Below are positions 56,292-64,000 of a stretch of 64,000 bases of DNA, in pieces; the first letter of the stretch is position 1; each line of letters starts with the position of its first letter. Source of the DNA: the human T2T-CHM13v2.0 reference genome, Homo sapiens; assembly GCF_009914755.1 (NCBI RefSeq), contig NC_060947.1; one strand, 5' to 3'. Below the pieces are notes generated by a model. That model made no database searches and was not told where the DNA came from. It saw nothing but the letters and a program-made list of their open reading frames with translations. The position numbers were made by a program, and so were the translations under genes.

Positions 56292-57017
56292 CCTTCGGTT
56301 GATTATCTATTGGTCATTAATGTCCTTTTCTTTCTGGTTGATATACTCCCTTTAGCATTTCTTGTAGGATGCATCTGCTATTGATTAAGACTCTCAGCTT
56401 CTGTTTGTCTTGAAGTCTTTATTTCTTTATCAGGTTTGAAAGATATTTTAGCTGAATATACTATTCTAGAGTAAAATTTTTTTTTCTTAAGCCCATTTAA
56501 TATGTCTTGCCACTCTCTCGTGATCTGGAAGGTTTCCACTGAAAAGTCTACTGCCAGAGGTATTGAAGGTCCATTTTTTTTTCCTCTTGCTGCTCTTAGA
56601 CCCTTTCTTTATTTGTGACCTTTATGATTTTGATTATTAAATTCCTTGAAGTATTCTTCTTTGGGTTAAACCTGCTTGGTGTTCTGTAACCTTCTTGTAC
56701 TTCAATATAGATCTCTTTCTCTTGGTTTGGGGAGTTCTCTTTTATTATCTCTTTGAATAAACTTTTACCCCTATCTTTTTCTCTGCCTCCTTTTAAAGGC
56801 CAATAACTCTTATATTTCCCTTTTGAGGCTGTGTTCTAAATTCTGTAGACGTGCTTTTTTATTATTTTTTGTTGTCTCCTCTGTGACTCTGTAATTACAA
56901 ACACTTGGTTTTCAAGCTAACTAATCTTTTCTTCTGCTTGATTTATTCTGCTATTGAAGGACTTTGATGTATTCTTCAGTATGTCAGTTGCATAATTAAA
57001 AATAATAAAATAAATAA

Positions 57018-57366
<349 letters not shown>

Positions 57367-58504
57367 TCCTGCGTAAATTTTTTAAATTATTTCAAACTCT
57401 GTGTTAGATTTATCTGTTTGAACTCTGAACTTTTCTCTGTATTTTCTTGATTTTTAAAAAATGTATTCAATACATCTATTTGAATTTCTTTGTCTGAAAG
57501 TTAACCTATCTCTGTTTTTTCAGGGTTGGTCCCTGGTGTGTTATTTACTTTGTTTGGTGTGGTTATGTTTTCCTAGATTGTACTGATGCTACTAGAAGTT
57601 CTTCAGTGTCTGGGCATTGAAGAGTTAGGTATTTATTTCATTCTTCACTGTCTGGGCTTATTTGTATTGATCCTTCTTGGGACATTCTTCCAGTTACTTG
57701 AAAGGACTTGGGTGTTGTGATCTAAGCTGTTTCTACTCTAAGGGCACCTCAAACCCAGTAATGCTGTGGTTCTCGCAGACTCACAGAGGTACCACCTTGA
57801 TGGTCTTGGACAAGATCCATGAGAACTCTCTGGATTACCAGACAGAGACTCTTGTTCTATTCCTTTACTTTCTGTCGAACATACAGTCTCTGTCTCTGTT
57901 CTGAGCCCCTAAAGGTGGGGATGGAGTAATCCAAGCTTCCCTATGGCTACCACCACTATGATTGTGCTGGCTCAGACCTTTAGCCAGCACAGCACTGGGT
58001 GTCACCAAAGGCCAACTGTAACCACTCCCTGGAAACTTCCTATGTTTCCTCAAAGCCTTGGGGCTCTACAATCAGCAGGTGGAAAGGCCAGCCAGGCCTA
58101 TGTCCTTCCTTATGGGTACTGATGTCTCCCAGGCCCCGGCGGGGGGTCCAAAAGTGACATTAAAGAGTCAGATATTAGTGTCAAAAACCTTAGAAGTCTA
58201 CCTTTTATTCTATTGTATTGTGGCTGAGCTGAACTCAAATCACATGATGTACTCCTTCCCCATATTCCCTGCCCTTTCCAAAGGCAGAGGAGCCTCACCC
58301 CCTTAGCCACAACCACCTCTGGATATGAGGAATACTGCCAGACTACCATCAATGTTCCCTTAAGGTCCAAGGTCTCTTAAGTCAGCTTGTGATAAATGTT
58401 GCCTAGCCTGGAACTCACCCCTCAGGGCAACAGGCTCTCCTCTGACCCAGGGGAAGGTCCAGAAATGCCATCTAAAATTCAAGTCCTGGAATCAGGAATG
58501 CCCC

Positions 58505-58935
58505 TGTTTTAGTCAGGGTTCTGTAGAGGGACAGAACTAATAGGATATAGATATCTATATATATATAGATATATATATATATATATATATGTAAAGGGGA
58601 GTTTATTTAGTATTAACTCACACAATCACAAGGTCCCACAATAGGCCATCTTCAAGCTGAGGAACAAGGAGAGCTAGTCCGAGTCTCAAAAATGAAGAAC
58701 TTGGAGTCCAATGTTCCAGGGCAGGAAGCATCCAGCACGAGAGAAAGACGTAAGCTGGGAGGCTAGGCCAGTCTAGTGTTTTCACGTTTTTCTGCCTGCT
58801 TTATATTCTATCCATACTGGCAGCTGATTAGATTTTGCCCACCCAGATTAAGGATGGGTCTACCTTTCTCCACCCACTGACTCAAATGTTAATCTCCTTT
58901 GGCAACACCCTCACACACACACCCAGGATCAACAC
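58505..58935 (-). mobile_element. MLT2A1-like HERV-L LTR, one end missing
   Basis: tagtcagggttctgtagagggacagaactaatagga(TA)n...ggcaacaccctcac. Confidence 0.9.
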
Positions 58936-59982
58936 AAAAGGCAGCCCATTTCCTTCCGGCCCGGGGTGTGTCTAGAAATGTCATCTGGGAGCTAGTGCCT
59001 GGAACCCAGTCCTCTCTTTCTGACTGGTCCCCTATTCTGCTGTGGCTGAGCTAGTACCCAAGAGTCAAATCAAAGTTCTCCCCACTCTTCCCTGCTCTCT
59101 CAAGTGTAAGGAAAGGGGTCTCTTGGAGCTATGAGCTCTGTCACCTGGGTTTAGGAAATGGGTTATGCCAGTACTCCCTTATCTTCCCCAGCTGGAGTCT
59201 CAGCATGTTGCCTAGCCCCCCAGTCAACTGTCTCTGGGCCTGGTTCAGCCCTGGGACTAACAAACTTGTTGCAGCCCTTACGGCCTAGACTGCCTTTCAA
59301 TTTATCTTAGACACCAAGAGCAATTTGGTTCTAAGTGGTGAGGTTTGCAGGTACTCAGTATGGACTGCTATAATCAGTGACACCCTTCTGGCTAATGCAG
59401 TTTTATATACTTCCCCTGTGGGCAGGTGTCAGCTGAGTTTTGTCTGTTTTTTCTTTCTACTCTAACAAGACAGCACTGAGTTCAATGCCTCATGATTGCT
59501 GTGTTCTTTCTCCCCCAGCACTCAGAGATGGTCTCCACAACATGCTGCTGCTGCCACATATGGGGGAGAGTTGGCATAGGTGATTCAGGACTGTTTTTTC
59601 TATTCTTCAGTGCCTCTTTCAGTGATATGGAGTTAAACCCAGGTACTGTAAGTGTTCATTGAATTTTGGTTCATTGGAAAGCATTTTTTTTTCTATGTAG
59701 ATAGTTGTTAACATGGCGTCCTTGTGAGTGGGAAAATCAGTGGAGCTTTCTATTCGACTATCTTGCTCCACCTCCTGGTAAAACATTCTTAAACACACAC
59801 ACAGAAGAAGACGCAAGTAAATGAAAGGGACATCATGTTCTCCATATAAGGAGACTCACCATGAGAAAGATAGAACAATTACATATTTCCCTACCTTGAT
59901 ATTTAGATTAAATACAATACCAACCAAAATTTCTACAGGCATGTATAAGAACCTGATAAGTCCATTCAAATTTTACATAGAA

Positions 59983-61650
<1,668 letters not shown>

Positions 61651-61789
61651 GTACATAGAGACACATTGACCCAAAGATAGTAGAGTTGCCAAGATACTCC
61701 CTTAGAAGAAAAAGCTGGGTAGATCTAATATTCAAAATATCAAGAGTTCTCATAAAGCCTTAGTAATTAAAACTGTGTGGTATAATTGT

Positions 61790-62615
61790 TCTTGCTCCAC
61801 TGTAACCTTTCTGACTTTTTCTCCCCTTTGCTCACTCCACTCCCACCTATTCTGGCCTCCTTGCGTTGTCATCCCTAATGAACTTTCTTGCTTTACTGTT
61901 CCATCTGCCTGAAATGTTGTTTCTTCAGAAATCTGTATGGCTCACCCTCAAATCTCCTTCAGGTCTACACTAAGATAAGTATTTCCTTTTCAATCTTATT
62001 TAAATAGCAACCCTGAATCAACCTTGAACTCCCTATCCTCCTTCTCTGCTTAATGTTTTTCATAGCACTTGTCACCATTTGATATTTTACATATTTAAAT
62101 TATAGATGCCCCCTGACTTACAATGGTTTCACTTAGGATTTTTTGTCTTTACAATGGTGCAAAACTGTCAAGCATTCAGTAGGAACTATACTTCACATAC
62201 CCATACAACCACTTTCTTTTCAATTTTAGTACAGTATTCAATAAATTACATGAAATATTCAACATTCTATTACAAAATAGGCTGTGTGTTGAATGATTTT
62301 GCCCAAGTATATAGGCTAATGTAAGGGTTCTGAACAGGATGAAGGCAGGCCAGGCTAAACTATACATTTTGTATGTTATGTGTATTAAATGTATGTTCAC
62401 TTACAATATTTTCAATTAATGGTGAGTTTGTAAAGATGCCATCTCACTGTGAGTTGAGGAGTATCTGTATAACTTTACTGATGCTTTTCCCCACTAGAAT
62501 ATAAACTACAGAAGGTCAGGTATTTTTGTCTCTTTTGTTCATTGGTGGATTCAATCACCTAAAAAGTGTCTGGCACATAGGGTTTACTGAGTATTTGTTG
62601 AAGGAGTGAGTGAGT
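61790..62615 (+). mobile_element. L2a 3' end interrupted by MER47A
   Basis: ctggcctccttg...ccactagaatataa...tggcacatag...tatttgttgaa. Confidence 0.8.
62103..62467 (-). mobile_element. MER47A (Tigger-derived MITE)
   Basis: Terminal inverted repeats agatg..cc.tgacttac / gtgagttgaggagtatct; TA TSD. Confidence 0.82.
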
Positions 62616-63676
62616 GACTGGACGATATTGGAACAGAGATTAAGTGAAACAAAAATGACAAAATCCAGACACAAACTCCAAAATATATAAAATTTTGATA
62701 GATGACAAAGGTGACACTGAAGATCATTAGGGAAAAACCAAAATTAAATATAATAAATTTTGCTACAACTGTTTATCCATATGAAATAAATGTAAATGGC
62801 TCCAAACCACACAGAAAAATCCACTTAAGATATAGGAAATACCTACGTACAAAATGCAAAACTTTAAATATCATTGAATAAAATATAAAATTCTTTTTAT
62901 AACTTGGGTAGAAAAATTGTTCTAAAGCCAGACCAATAAAAAGAAACAGTATTTTTAAAGGAAAAGTTCACTATGCTAAATTACAATAAAATTGAGAATT
63001 GATATTGACTCAAAAAAGAACTAGGAGAAAATTAAAAAATCTAATCACAAATTGAAGTAATATATTTGTCACAAAATCAACAGTTAGTTTCAATAATATA
63101 TTTAAATAACCTGAAAATTAATTTAAAAACATAACCCAGTTGAAAATAAATGAAAATATGATAACTATTTATGCTTAACGTAATTAGAAATTATGGACAT
63201 GCAAATCTAAAACCATAGCAAGACACCATTTTACATTCTCTGGACTGACAAAAGCTAAGAAGCCGGACAGTTCTGAGTCCTGGTGAAGACTGGTAATCAC
63301 TTCTCATACGCTGCTGGTGCAAGAAGAAATTTCTATAATCACATTGAAAGGCAACCTGGTCTTATTTTTTAAATTAAATAGGCTCATACTCAACAATCTG
63401 GTAATTCTACTAATAAGATATATTGTACAGAAAGCGTTACACCTATGAAATAAGATATGTATTCATAAAAACATTGTACATTATATCCTATTTCAACGAC
63501 AATAACAAAAAGTAAACATTAAAAACTACACAAATATCCACTGCCAGAATAAACAAATAGCAGCACCTTTTCAGAATGAAATAATATAGAACAGTGAAAA
63601 TGAATGAACTGCAGATCACACATCAACAGGGATGAATGATGTTGAATAAAAAAACAATGTTATAAGAGTACACACA

Positions 63677-64000
<324 letters not shown>

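Overview
Primate (human-like) genomic DNA that is AT-rich and made mostly of interspersed repeats. It holds three long L1MA-type elements, several truncated L1PA/L1M pieces, seven Alus, a partial MER4 provirus, MaLR/ERVL/ERV1 solo LTRs, MER DNA transposons, L2 and MIR. I found no supportable protein-coding gene, RNA gene or CpG island; the longer ORF-track entries are mostly decayed L1 ORF1/ORF2, Alu or low-complexity frames. I did not find a new biological system. The best leads are a shared-mutation tract between two inverted L1s 14 kb apart (probable gene conversion), an AluY carrying foreign 3' flank without a TSD, two twin-priming L1 inversions, recurrent one-sided LTR deletions, a young LTR2B-type LTR, and candidate spliced exons. 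Subfamily calls come from recalled consensus sequences rather than an alignment, and boundaries of old repeats are approximate.
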